From Candidatus Micrarchaeia archaeon (GTDB lineage: Archaea > Micrarchaeota > Micrarchaeia > Burarchaeales > JACRGF01): a stretch of 11,596 nucleotides of DNA. This document shows positions 1 through 7,408 of the stretch, one piece after another (position 1 is the first letter of the stretch; each line of letters begins with the position of its first letter). The stretch covers positions 1-11,596 of the forward strand of contig JAWCPB010000013.1 of assembly GCA_038870455.1 (NCBI GenBank). Reading direction: 5' to 3'. Made by a program: the position numbers and the translations under genes. Under the pieces are notes generated by a model. It made no database searches, was not told where the DNA came from, and worked only from the letters and a program-made list of their open reading frames with translations.

Positions 1-529
1 CATCCAGCTTTTCGAATTTGTTCAGCTCAGCGAGCGCCTCCGCCGCAAACCTCCCCCCATCAACCAGATTGTCGACTGCAATCAGAAACGCATTGAAAGA
101 TTCTGGAGTCATATTCTCTCTTTTTTTTAGGAGAATCGTAAATTCGTCCAATGCATCTTTTGCATTTGGCAGCCAGCTAACTTTGACCAGAGTGAGGACG
201 TGGTGTTTGTGGGTAAACGGATCTTTCAGCATTTCTCCTATCACGCCATGGTTTACTAAGTGGTCGAGATATGATGTTTTAAGGAGCTCTTTCAGGAATG
301 GAATGAAAGGCTTTGGCACCTTTCCTAAGCGCATGCAACAGGCGATAAGGAACTGATATGCTTCAGGACGAAACTCAAAGTATTTCCTGGAATCCTCGTC
401 AGCCTTCTTCAATGCTTCGTCGGCCAGCTTCTTTGCCTTGCTCATCCGCTCTTGAATGTATCCTCGCAATGATAATCCTCGCAATGATAATCCAACAGGC
501 TCCAATCTGGATGCGGGGTAAGTTTGCAT
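1..529 (-). CDS. Hypothetical helical protein, 3' end truncated by the window edge
   Basis: Manual translation from ATG at 529 gives an open frame of 176 codons to the edge (MQTYPASRLEPVGLSLRGLSLRGYIQERMSKAKKLADEALKK...ELNKFEKLD). A TATA-like TTTTAAAA lies about 30 nt upstream. No recognisable motif. Confidence 0.8.
   Translation of the reverse strand, partial: MQTYPASRLEPVGLSLRGLSLRGYIQERMSKAKKLADEALKKADEDSRKYFEFRPEAYQFLIACCMRLGKVPKPFIPFLKELLKTSYLDHLVNHGVIGEMLKDPFTHKHHVLTLVKVSWLPNAKDALDEFTILLKKRENMTPESFNAFLIAVDNLVDGGRFAAEALAELNKFEKLD
460..493. repeat. Perfect 15-bp tandem duplication (ATCCTCGCAATGATA x2 plus ATCC)
   Basis: Read directly from the sequence. It is in frame and encodes GLSLR-GLSLR-G in the minus-strand ORF. 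Confidence 0.95.
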
Positions 530-552
530 CAACCAAATAATGTGCAAAAGCG

Positions 553-561
553 TTTTAAAAA
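553..561 (-). promoter_or_regulatory. Archaeal TATA box for the ORF starting at 529 (leaderless transcript)
   Basis: TTTTTAAAA on the minus strand, overlapping the DUF2085 stop codon. The TTTA starts 30 nt upstream of the ATG. Confidence 0.6.
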
Positions 562-1151
562 GCTAAGCGCGTTTCAAGTATTGATTGCCAGATTTGGTTG
601 AGTATCGGAATGATGTAAAGCGGCATGACAACGCCGATGAGCCCGCCCGTCAGCAGCCTCAGCGCGTTTGTGCTCTCCCTCAGCCCGAGGAACTGCGTCA
701 CGCCGTCCACTGCAATCGGAACCATCGCAGCCACAAGCAACCACTTGTTCGGCCATTTTCTCCCAGCCGCTCCGACAACAAGCGGCGCGGCCAGCCCGCC
801 CAACAGCATGCCGAAGAATATCGCCGTGTCCCTCGCGCACATCCCAAACTTGAATCCATGCCCCTGCGCGTTCCACACTTCAACCTGCTTTGAGTAGCTC
901 AGCGTGCCGTTCTGCGGCATGCAGTCGCCAACATGGTAGCCGCCATTGGCATACAGGCACAGCGAGCGCGAGGTCAGCTGATGGCACTGCGCGGCAAAGA
1001 AATCGTAGAGCAGGGGCGCGAGCGTGCTCTTCTGGCTCGCGAGCAGAGGCGCGAGGAGAATGAGCGCGCAGTAGAGCGCGAGCGCAATCATGTAGAGCGC
1101 ATAAGGGAGATAGCGAAGGACGTCGCGTGTTTTCAGTGGCTTACCTCGCAT
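555..1151 (-). CDS. DUF2085-family membrane protein
   Basis: Several hydrophobic helices plus family motifs CHQxxxRS, CARDxAIFFG, P(I)AVDGVTQ and RESTNALRLLTG. Confidence 0.85.
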   Translation of the reverse strand: MRGKPLKTRDVLRYLPYALYMIALALYCALILLAPLLASQKSTLAPLLYDFFAAQCHQLTSRSLCLYANGGYHVGDCMPQNGTLSYSKQVEVWNAQGHGFKFGMCARDTAIFFGMLLGGLAAPLVVGAAGRKWPNKWLLVAAMVPIAVDGVTQFLGLRESTNALRLLTGGLIGVVMPLYIIPILNQIWQSILETRLAF

Positions 1152-2026
1152 GTCATTCCCGTTCCTCTGATGTGCTTCTGCTTAGGCGTCTCGAACTGGA
1201 ATGCGGTGTGGCTTATGTTGTGTTTCCTGAGCCCTGCGGCAATCTTTTCCCCAATCGTGTGCGTGCTGCTCACGCGCCTGTCCCGCACCACGACGTGTGC
1301 AGTGACGTAGATGATGTCGCTGCAGATCGCCCAAACGTGCACGTCGTGCGCGCCCAGCACGCCGGGCACGCTCGTTATCGCCTTGCACACGCTCTCCGCG
1401 GTTATGCCGTACGGCGAGAACTCGAACAGTATGGACAGCGACGTTCTGGCAATGCGGTAGGCGGAGAAGAGGATGATGCCCGCGATGACGAGGCTCACGA
1501 GCGGGTCGAAAAGCGGCTGTCCTGTCAGCGCGATGAGCGCGCCCGCAACAACCACCCCGACGCTTGACAGCGCGTCCCCCAGCGCATGGAGAAGCGCAGC
1601 CCGTACATTCAGGTTGGCGTGCCTCCTCAGCCTCCACACGACAAAGGCGTTTGCGGCGAGGCCCGCCAACCCAATCCCAAACACCCCCGCAGCATTGACT
1701 TCCTGCGAGAAGGCGAGCCTGTTGAACGCCTCAAACACCACGAAAACCGTTATGACCACGAGCAGCGCGGCGTTGGCGAGCGCAGCCAGCACTTCCCCTC
1801 TGTGATAGCCGAAAGTCCTCCTGATCGTAGAAGGCTTCTGGGCGAGCTTGAACGCGATGAAGGCGAGCGCAATGGAGAGAAGGTCGCCGAAGACATGGCC
1901 CGCGTCGCTGAGCAGGGCCAGCGAGTTGCTCCACACCCCGCCCGCAACCTCCGCGGCGAACGTCACGAGCGTGATTGCGAGAACAGCCTTCAGCTCCTCC
2001 CCGACACTCCTGTGTTTTGCGGCCAT
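1133..2026 (-). CDS. czcD: Cation diffusion facilitator (CzcD/ZitB-like Zn/Co/Cd efflux) transporter
   Basis: SLALLSDAGHVFGD (TM2 HxxxD), TFGYHRGEVLAAL, LHALGD (TM5 HxxxD), and C-terminal HDVHVW / TAHVVV / HTAFQFE. Confidence 0.92.
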   Translation of the reverse strand: MAAKHRSVGEELKAVLAITLVTFAAEVAGGVWSNSLALLSDAGHVFGDLLSIALAFIAFKLAQKPSTIRRTFGYHRGEVLAALANAALLVVITVFVVFEAFNRLAFSQEVNAAGVFGIGLAGLAANAFVVWRLRRHANLNVRAALLHALGDALSSVGVVVAGALIALTGQPLFDPLVSLVIAGIILFSAYRIARTSLSILFEFSPYGITAESVCKAITSVPGVLGAHDVHVWAICSDIIYVTAHVVVRDRRVSSTHTIGEKIAAGLRKHNISHTAFQFETPKQKHIRGTGMTCEVSH

Positions 2027-2044
2027 GATTGGCTATGCGCCTTG

Positions 2045-2059
2045 TTTTATTAATTATTT
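2045..2059. promoter_or_regulatory. AT-rich bidirectional TATA region between czcD and folD
   Basis: TTTTATTAATTATTT sits in the middle of a 51-nt divergent spacer, about 27-32 nt from both ATGs. Confidence 0.6.
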
Positions 2060-2077
2060 GCACTAAACTCTTACGCC

Positions 2078-2914
2078 ATGCCCGCGAAACTCATTGACGG
2101 CAAGGCTGTTTCTGAAAAGGTTTTGCAAGAAGTCGCCACAGACATCAAGCGCAGCAACCTGCACCTCAAGCTCGTCTTCGTCCTCGTTGGCGACGACCCG
2201 GCCTCCCAGGTTTATGTCCGCAACAAGGAAAGGGCGTGCGGCCGGGTGGGCATCGAGAGCGTGGTGAAGCGCCTGCCGGCCTCCACGAGCGAGCACGAGT
2301 TGCTCTCTCTGATAGCCTCGCTCAACGGCGACCCCACCGTCACGGGCGTCATCGTACAGTCCCCCCTTCCGGGCCACATCGACGAGTCCAAAATCATCGA
2401 ATCAATTTCCCCCCTTAAAGACGTGGATGGCTTTCACCCGCTCAACATGGGCGCGCTCGTGGCAGGCAAGCCAGGGCTGTGGCCCTCCACGCCCAGCGGC
2501 ATACTGCGCCTGCTCGACGAGTATGGAATAGACCCGGCTGGCAAGCACGCTGTCATCGTGGGCAGGAGCTACATCGTTGGCAAGCCCTTCGCTCTCCTGC
2601 TGCTCAACAGAAATGCGACCGTCACAGTCTGCCACTCCCGCACAAAAAATTTGGCAGAGCACACGAGGAGCGCGGACATTCTTGTCGTCGCGGTCGGCAA
2701 ACCAAAACTAATCACCGCAGACATGGTCAAGCCCGGCGCGGTCGTCATCGACGTGGGGATAAACCGGGTTGAGGGGAAGATAGTTGGCGACGTTGATTTT
2801 AGGGAAGTCAGCGAGGTTGCGGCGCTCATCACCCCTGTCCCCGGCGGCGTGGGTCCCATGACTGTCGCCATGCTCATGAAGAACACGCTCATCGCGGCAG
2901 GCCTTCAAAAGTGA
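2078..2914 (+). CDS. folD: Bifunctional methylenetetrahydrofolate dehydrogenase/cyclohydrolase
   Basis: [19 protein letters not shown] (YxxxK), [43 protein letters not shown]. Confidence 0.97.
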   Translation: MPAKLIDGKAVSEKVLQEVATDIKRSNLHLKLVFVLVGDDPASQVYVRNKERACGRVGIESVVKRLPASTSEHELLSLIASLNGDPTVTGVIVQSPLPGHIDESKIIESISPLKDVDGFHPLNMGALVAGKPGLWPSTPSGILRLLDEYGIDPAGKHAVIVGRSYIVGKPFALLLLNRNATVTVCHSRTKNLAEHTRSADILVVAVGKPKLITADMVKPGAVVIDVGINRVEGKIVGDVDFREVSEVAALITPVPGGVGPMTVAMLMKNTLIAAGLQK

Positions 2915-2918
2915 TCCA

Positions 2919-4181
2919 GTGAGCTATGCACAGCTTCTGCGTTTCCTAAAGCGGCGCAGGAAGATGAAGGAGAAATGGGACTTGAAGAACATCCAGAGGC
3001 TTCTCTTTCTCCTCGGCAACCCACAGGACAATTTCAAGACCATCAATGTTGGAGGCTCGAACGGCAAGGGCTCGGTCACCGCAATGATCGCCGCCTGCCT
3101 CGCCGAAGCCGGCCACCGCACGGGTTCCTATTACTCGCCTCACGTCGATGGATTTCGCGAGAGGATTCAGGTCGATGGGAAAAAAATTTCCAAGCGTGAT
3201 GCCGCCGCTGCTTTCGCCGCCGTCCGCCCGCTTGTGCCTTCCTTCGCCAGCGATCCCCTGAGCTTCTTTGAAGTGGTCACAGCGATGGCCCTCCTTCATT
3301 TCTCACACAAGAAAGTCGATTATGCTGTGCTCGAGGCCGGCCTGGGCGGCCGTCTTGATGCCACCAACATCGGCAGACAGTCGGCATGCGTTATCACAAA
3401 CGTTTCCCTTGAGCACACCCAGATGCTCGGAAACACAATAGCCAGCATCGCAAGGGAAAAAGCCGCCCTCCTGCATCGAAACTCCGCCCTCTTCACGCTC
3501 GAAAAAAACCCTTCTGCTCTCTCCGCCCTCCGTGCGGCATGCGGCAGGACAGGCTCAAAACTTTTTCTCGTAAATCCGGAAATAGAGGACAACAGCAGGA
3601 GCTTTTTTTCCCCGCATTATGCAATCTCAACCTCCCGTACAACCTACAAAATTTCCCCGCATCTTCTCGGCGCTCACCAGGCGTACAACGCCGCGCTCGC
3701 AATCGCCGTGTGCGAGCATCTCGGCCTGTCGAAGAGGGCGATTGAGCGGGGCATCAACAACGCATTTGTTCCCGCTCGCATTGAGGTCATGCGCAAAAGG
3801 CCCCTCATCCTCCACGACTGCGCGCACAACCCCGCTGCCGCGGGCGTTCTCGCCGGCGCCGTCAAGCAGATACCGCACGAAAAATGCATCACCCTGCTTG
3901 GCGTGATGGCCGACAAGGATGCTGAGGGCGTGCTGCGCGCGCTCGCTCCAGTCACTGACGTTTTTGTCTGCAACCAGCCCAGCGTTGAGAGGGCGATGAA
4001 CGCAAACGTGCTCGCCGGCATTGCCCGCAAACTCAAGCCAACCCACATAGTCCGCGATGTTCGTTCTTCCATGCGGAAAGCGCTTTCTCTCGCGGACAAA
4101 AACGATTTAATCCTCTGCACGGGCTCCATCTACATGCTGGGCGAGCTCAGGGGCAAAAACGACTTGCCGGTGGCGCAGTGA
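2919..4181 (+). CDS. folC: Folylpolyglutamate synthase / dihydrofolate synthase
   Basis: GSNGKGS P-loop, SPH..FRERI, SFFEVVT, EAGLGGRLDATN, EH..MLGNT...IAREKA, DCAHNP, TGSIY. GTG start assumed. Confidence 0.95.
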   Translation: MSYAQLLRFLKRRRKMKEKWDLKNIQRLLFLLGNPQDNFKTINVGGSNGKGSVTAMIAACLAEAGHRTGSYYSPHVDGFRERIQVDGKKISKRDAAAAFAAVRPLVPSFASDPLSFFEVVTAMALLHFSHKKVDYAVLEAGLGGRLDATNIGRQSACVITNVSLEHTQMLGNTIASIAREKAALLHRNSALFTLEKNPSALSALRAACGRTGSKLFLVNPEIEDNSRSFFSPHYAISTSRTTYKISPHLLGAHQAYNAALAIAVCEHLGLSKRAIERGINNAFVPARIEVMRKRPLILHDCAHNPAAAGVLAGAVKQIPHEKCITLLGVMADKDAEGVLRALAPVTDVFVCNQPSVERAMNANVLAGIARKLKPTHIVRDVRSSMRKALSLADKNDLILCTGSIYMLGELRGKNDLPVAQ

Positions 4182-4741
4182 AGAAAAAACTCAGGCAGAT
4201 AATGCTCGAAAAGAGGAACGCGCTTTCGGAAGCCGAGCGCACCGAGAAGTCGGAAAGGATAATCGCAACGCTTTTCTCTCTTCCGGAATTCCGGGCCGCC
4301 CACGCCATCCTCTTCTACGCGAGCATCAAAAGCGAGGTGCAAACCCACAGGGCGATAGCGCGGGCACTCGCCCTTGGAAAAAGAGTATGCCTTCCGCGCG
4401 TGAACAGGGAAAAAAGGGAGCTTGAGCTCTATGAGGTAAGGAGTATGGGCGAGCTGAAGCCAGGCGTGTTCGGCATCCTCGAGCCCGTCCCGGAAAAGAG
4501 CGTGCGCGTCCAGCCCGGCGCGCTCGAGCTCGTCGTTGTTCCGGGCGTTGCTTTTACGGAGAAAGGCTGCCGCCTCGGCTATGGGATGAGGTACTACGAC
4601 GGGCTGCTCAAGCAGGTGAAATGCCCCGCCATAGCGCTCGCCTTCGAGCTCCAAATCATCCCGGCAATCCCAACCGAATCGCATGACGTGGATGTGCATA
4701 AGATAGTCACCGAAGAGCGGCTCATCGAGTGCAGAAAGTAG
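4178..4741 (+). CDS. ygfA: 5-formyltetrahydrofolate cyclo-ligase
   Basis: KKKLRQ..LEKR, SEVQT, FGILEP, VVPGVAF...GCRLGYG.. YYD, HDVDV..IVTE. GTGA start/stop overlap with folC. Confidence 0.93.
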   Translation: MKKKLRQIMLEKRNALSEAERTEKSERIIATLFSLPEFRAAHAILFYASIKSEVQTHRAIARALALGKRVCLPRVNREKRELELYEVRSMGELKPGVFGILEPVPEKSVRVQPGALELVVVPGVAFTEKGCRLGYGMRYYDGLLKQVKCPAIALAFELQIIPAIPTESHDVDVHKIVTEERLIECRK

Positions 4742-4771
4742 GTTTTTATTCCCCCCCGCCCTTTTCCAATC

Positions 4772-5392
4772 ATGCCGCCCATCCGCGTGGCCGTGCTCGC
4801 CTCAGGAAGGGGAAGCGACTTCCAGAGCATCATCGATGGCGTCGAGAAAGGCGAGGTGAATGCCGAGATCGTCGCGCTCATCACCGACAACCCCGCGGCC
4901 ATGGCCGTAGAGAGAGCCAGGAAACACGGCATTCCTTACTACATCATCCAGCCTAAGGACTTTCCAACAAGGGAACAGCACGACCACGCAATTCACCTCA
5001 AACTGGATGAGCTGCGGGTTGATCTGGTCGTGCTCGCGGGCTACATGCGGCTCATCAAGGACAGAGCTCTCCTAGAGGCATACGCGGGCAGGATGATCAA
5101 CATCCACCCCTCGCTGCTGCCAGCGTTTCCCGGCGCGCACGCCCAGCGGGACGCGTTCGCCGCGGGCGTGAAGGTCAGCGGCTACACGATTCATTTTGTC
5201 GATGCCTCGCTTGATGGCGGGCCGATCATCTGGCAGGAGGCCGTTGACGTCAGCGAGTGCAAGAGCGCGGATGAGGTCGCCGCAAAAATACTGGCGAGAG
5301 AGCACGTCGGCCTGCCAAAAGTGGTCGATCTTTTCGGTAGAGGACGGTTTGAAATAAAAGGAAGGCGGGTTGAGTTCATTCCCAACCCATGA
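4772..5392 (+). CDS. purN: Phosphoribosylglycinamide formyltransferase (10-formyl-THF dependent)
   Basis: VLASGRGSD, LAGYMR, INIHPSLLPAFPG (catalytic N/H), HFVDASLDGGPII (catalytic D). Confidence 0.96.
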   Translation: MPPIRVAVLASGRGSDFQSIIDGVEKGEVNAEIVALITDNPAAMAVERARKHGIPYYIIQPKDFPTREQHDHAIHLKLDELRVDLVVLAGYMRLIKDRALLEAYAGRMINIHPSLLPAFPGAHAQRDAFAAGVKVSGYTIHFVDASLDGGPIIWQEAVDVSECKSADEVAAKILAREHVGLPKVVDLFGRGRFEIKGRRVEFIPNP

Positions 5393-5398
5393 GCACGC

Positions 5399-6634
5399 TC
5401 ATTTCGTCGCGATGACCATTCCCGCAGGCTTTCTGAAGACATTCCCGACCTTCACGCCGAGAAGCACTTTCGTGCCCCTGCTCTCGGCGAGGTCGACGAG
5501 CCTCTGCGTGATTATGCCGTCGAAGACGATGGCGTGCGGCGCCTCGCCCTCGCTGAGTGCCTTGATGAGGTCCCGCACTGGCACCTCGCTCTTCAGGTTG
5601 CCCGCCTCGTCGTACAGCCTCGCGCGCAGCGTGTTCTCGAGCTCTCCCAGCGAGGCGAGAAGCTGTGGCGGAACTGCGGCCGCCGGCGCAGGAGCGGGCG
5701 CTGGCGCCGGCGATGGAGTTTCAGGAGGCAGGGCCGCGGCGTGCGGCCTTCTCGCCTCCTCCCTTGCAGCTTCCCTCGCGGCCTCCCTGTCCGCTCTCCT
5801 TCGCGCGGTGAGCCCCTCGATCTGGTCGATGGGCACGCGCGCCCGCAGCGCCTTGATGATCTCTTTCCTCGCCAGCTCCTCCACTTCCTTTCCGGGCGGC
5901 GCTCTGGCGACGAAGTCTATGTCAGTCGCCTGCGCGAGCTCCCGCAGGATGATGTCGCCCCCCCTGTCACCGTCCAGGAACGCGGTGACTTCTTTTTCCG
6001 CGCACAGCGCGGCCAGCGACTTGGGCACGTTCGCCCCGCCCACCGCGATGACGTTGTTCACGTCGTTCTTGAGCAGGTTGAGCACGTCCGCCCTCCCCTC
6101 GACTATCACCAGCGAGTCGTAGCTGGTTATGTTGGGCCCGCACGGAAGCTTCTCGGGCCCGTACTCCGCTATCTCCGCAACTTTCACCTCTGCCCTGACG
6201 AGCTCGCTGAGCTCCTTGCTCTCTGGAATCTCGTGGGTGAGCAGGTTTTTGAGCAGGGCCTTGGCCCTGTCCACGACCGCCTTGCGTTTTGTGTTGCGCG
6301 TGTCCTCAATCTTCTCGACAGAAATTCTGGCATCGCACGGCCCCACCCTATCCACAGTCTCGAGCGCTGCTGCGAGGATGCTCGTCTCGACCATGTCGAG
6401 CGAAGAGGGCAGCGTGAGCTTTCCGACGCTTTTTCCTCCCCTCACCTGCAGGTCGACCTCAATCCTGCCGATTCTGCCGTTCTTCTGCAGCTCCCGCAGG
6501 TCGAGCTCGTCTCCGAGCAAGCCCTCGGTCTGCCCGAACACCGCCCCGACTACATCGGGCTTTTCGACAAGCCCGCCTATCTCGATGTTCGCATACACCA
6601 TGTACTTCACCGTATCCACGTACGTCTTCGCCAT
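5399..6634 (-). CDS. dnaG: Archaeal DnaG (Toprim primase-like, exosome-associated protein)
   Basis: GLVEKPDVVGAVFGQTEGLLG.ELDLRELQKNGRIGRI, ETVDRVGPC, Toprim motifs IVEGRADV and FLDGDRGG, C-terminal FDGIITQRLVD. SD-like GGGTGA upstream. Confidence 0.96.
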   Translation of the reverse strand: MAKTYVDTVKYMVYANIEIGGLVEKPDVVGAVFGQTEGLLGDELDLRELQKNGRIGRIEVDLQVRGGKSVGKLTLPSSLDMVETSILAAALETVDRVGPCDARISVEKIEDTRNTKRKAVVDRAKALLKNLLTHEIPESKELSELVRAEVKVAEIAEYGPEKLPCGPNITSYDSLVIVEGRADVLNLLKNDVNNVIAVGGANVPKSLAALCAEKEVTAFLDGDRGGDIILRELAQATDIDFVARAPPGKEVEELARKEIIKALRARVPIDQIEGLTARRRADREAAREAAREEARRPHAAALPPETPSPAPAPAPAPAAAVPPQLLASLGELENTLRARLYDEAGNLKSEVPVRDLIKALSEGEAPHAIVFDGIITQRLVDLAESRGTKVLLGVKVGNVFRKPAGMVIATK

Positions 6635-7051
6635 TCACATCACCCGAACGCTTAGTTCAACCTTTTTCTCCATGCATTCCTTCCTGAGCTCCTCAAGGCG
6701 CCTCGCGGCGTCCTCTATGAAGCTTATTCCGAGCGCGTACCTGAGCGCCCTCCTCGCCTCGAGGTCGGCCCGCACCCCGTGGGCGGCGAGCGCTTCCTCG
6801 AGCGCCCTCGCCTTCTCCTCGCCTCTCCTGTCGAAGTCGGTGAGCACGAACGCCTTTTCTTCGCCTGCCACGCGGGCGGCGACCTCGTCCGCGCTCTGGT
6901 TGCAGAGTACGAACCTCGCGGCCACAATCCGCTCGAGCGCTGCCCTGTCCCTCGCTCCCTCGACTATGACCGCGCGGCCCTTCATCTCGGCAAGCGCGCG
7001 CTCAAGGCGCTTTGTCTTGGCCCGCAGTTCCCAGTCGCTGTTCGAGCTCAT
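6635..7051 (-). CDS. Small Toprim-domain protein (RNase M5-like family)
   Basis: VIVEGARD..AL and LTDFDRRGE Toprim motifs; abuts dnaG. Start uncertain: ATG 7051 preferred, ATG 6985 is an alternative. Confidence 0.85.
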   Translation of the reverse strand: MSSNSDWELRAKTKRLERALAEMKGRAVIVEGARDRAALERIVAARFVLCNQSADEVAARVAGEEKAFVLTDFDRRGEEKARALEEALAAHGVRADLEARRALRYALGISFIEDAARRLEELRKECMEKKVELSVRVM

Positions 7052-7265
7052 CAGCACCGATCTCCACAGCGAGGATTTTCCTCCTGCTTCCGAATCCACG
7101 GACGATGCGCACCCCGCACCCGAGAAGCCGCGAGAGCTTCTTGATGAGTTCGGCGTTTGCCCTGCCCCTCTCCGCGCTCTCGGTCACATTAACCGCGAGG
7201 CCCCTCGCGGCCCGTCGGACCCTGAATTCCCTGGAATTCGGGGTCACCGTGACTTCCAGCTCCAT
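7002..7265 (-). CDS. DUF167 / UPF0235 (YggU-like) protein
   Basis: VTVTPNS...V.VTESAERGRANAELIK.LS...V.IVRG..SRRK pattern, 87 aa. SD-like GGAGG / AAGGAG upstream. Confidence 0.9.
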   Translation of the reverse strand: MELEVTVTPNSREFRVRRAARGLAVNVTESAERGRANAELIKKLSRLLGCGVRIVRGFGSRRKILAVEIGADELEQRLGTAGQDKAP

Positions 7266-7306
7266 GCTCCTTCTTTTCCTCCAGCTGATGACAGAATGAG
7301 CGGGAG

Positions 7307-7375
7307 AAGTGTGCTGTGCAATGTTGACTGTTGTTCATCGATCGGCTGATGCTCCCACAGCCATCCTTGCACAGC
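7307..7375 (-). ncRNA. Putative structured small RNA; best fit is a single-hairpin archaeal H/ACA guide RNA
   Basis: 9-bp basal stem GCUGUGCAA/UUGCACAGC followed directly by ACA+CUU, a 6x6-nt internal pocket, an upper stem capped by a GGA/GAA K-turn-like motif, and a TATA box 31 nt upstream. Confidence 0.6.
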
Positions 7376-7398
7376 GCTGTCTATTATGCATTCGCTCC

Positions 7399-7406
7399 TT
7401 TTTAAA
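7399..7406 (-). promoter_or_regulatory. TATA box upstream of the putative sRNA and the DUF167-Toprim-dnaG unit
   Basis: TTTAAAAA just after the CBS gene stop. The spacing seen at other promoters here predicts a start at about 7375-7377. Confidence 0.65.
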
Positions 7407-7408
7407 GC

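Noticed and set aside
460-493. CRISPR-like repeat
   Set aside because: Only two adjacent 15-bp copies with no spacer, inside a reading frame.
18-540. + strand ORFs 18-356 and 358-540
   Set aside because: They are antisense to a longer, uninterrupted minus-strand frame that has a promoter.
2027-2077. THF or ZTP riboswitch ahead of the folate cluster
   Set aside because: The spacer is only 51 nt, is occupied by the promoter, and has no aptamer motifs.
5370-7349. Long + strand ORFs (250, 373 and 406 aa) opposite dnaG/Toprim/DUF167
   Set aside because: Antisense shadows of high-GC genes with Ser/Arg-rich, motif-free translations.
7284-7381. Hammerhead ribozyme, C/D box RNA or fluoride riboswitch suggested by CUGAUGA on the + strand
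   Set aside because: No GAAA/stem III, no correctly spaced D'/C'/D boxes, and no GGNGAUG..CNCC 5' half. The promoter points to the minus strand.
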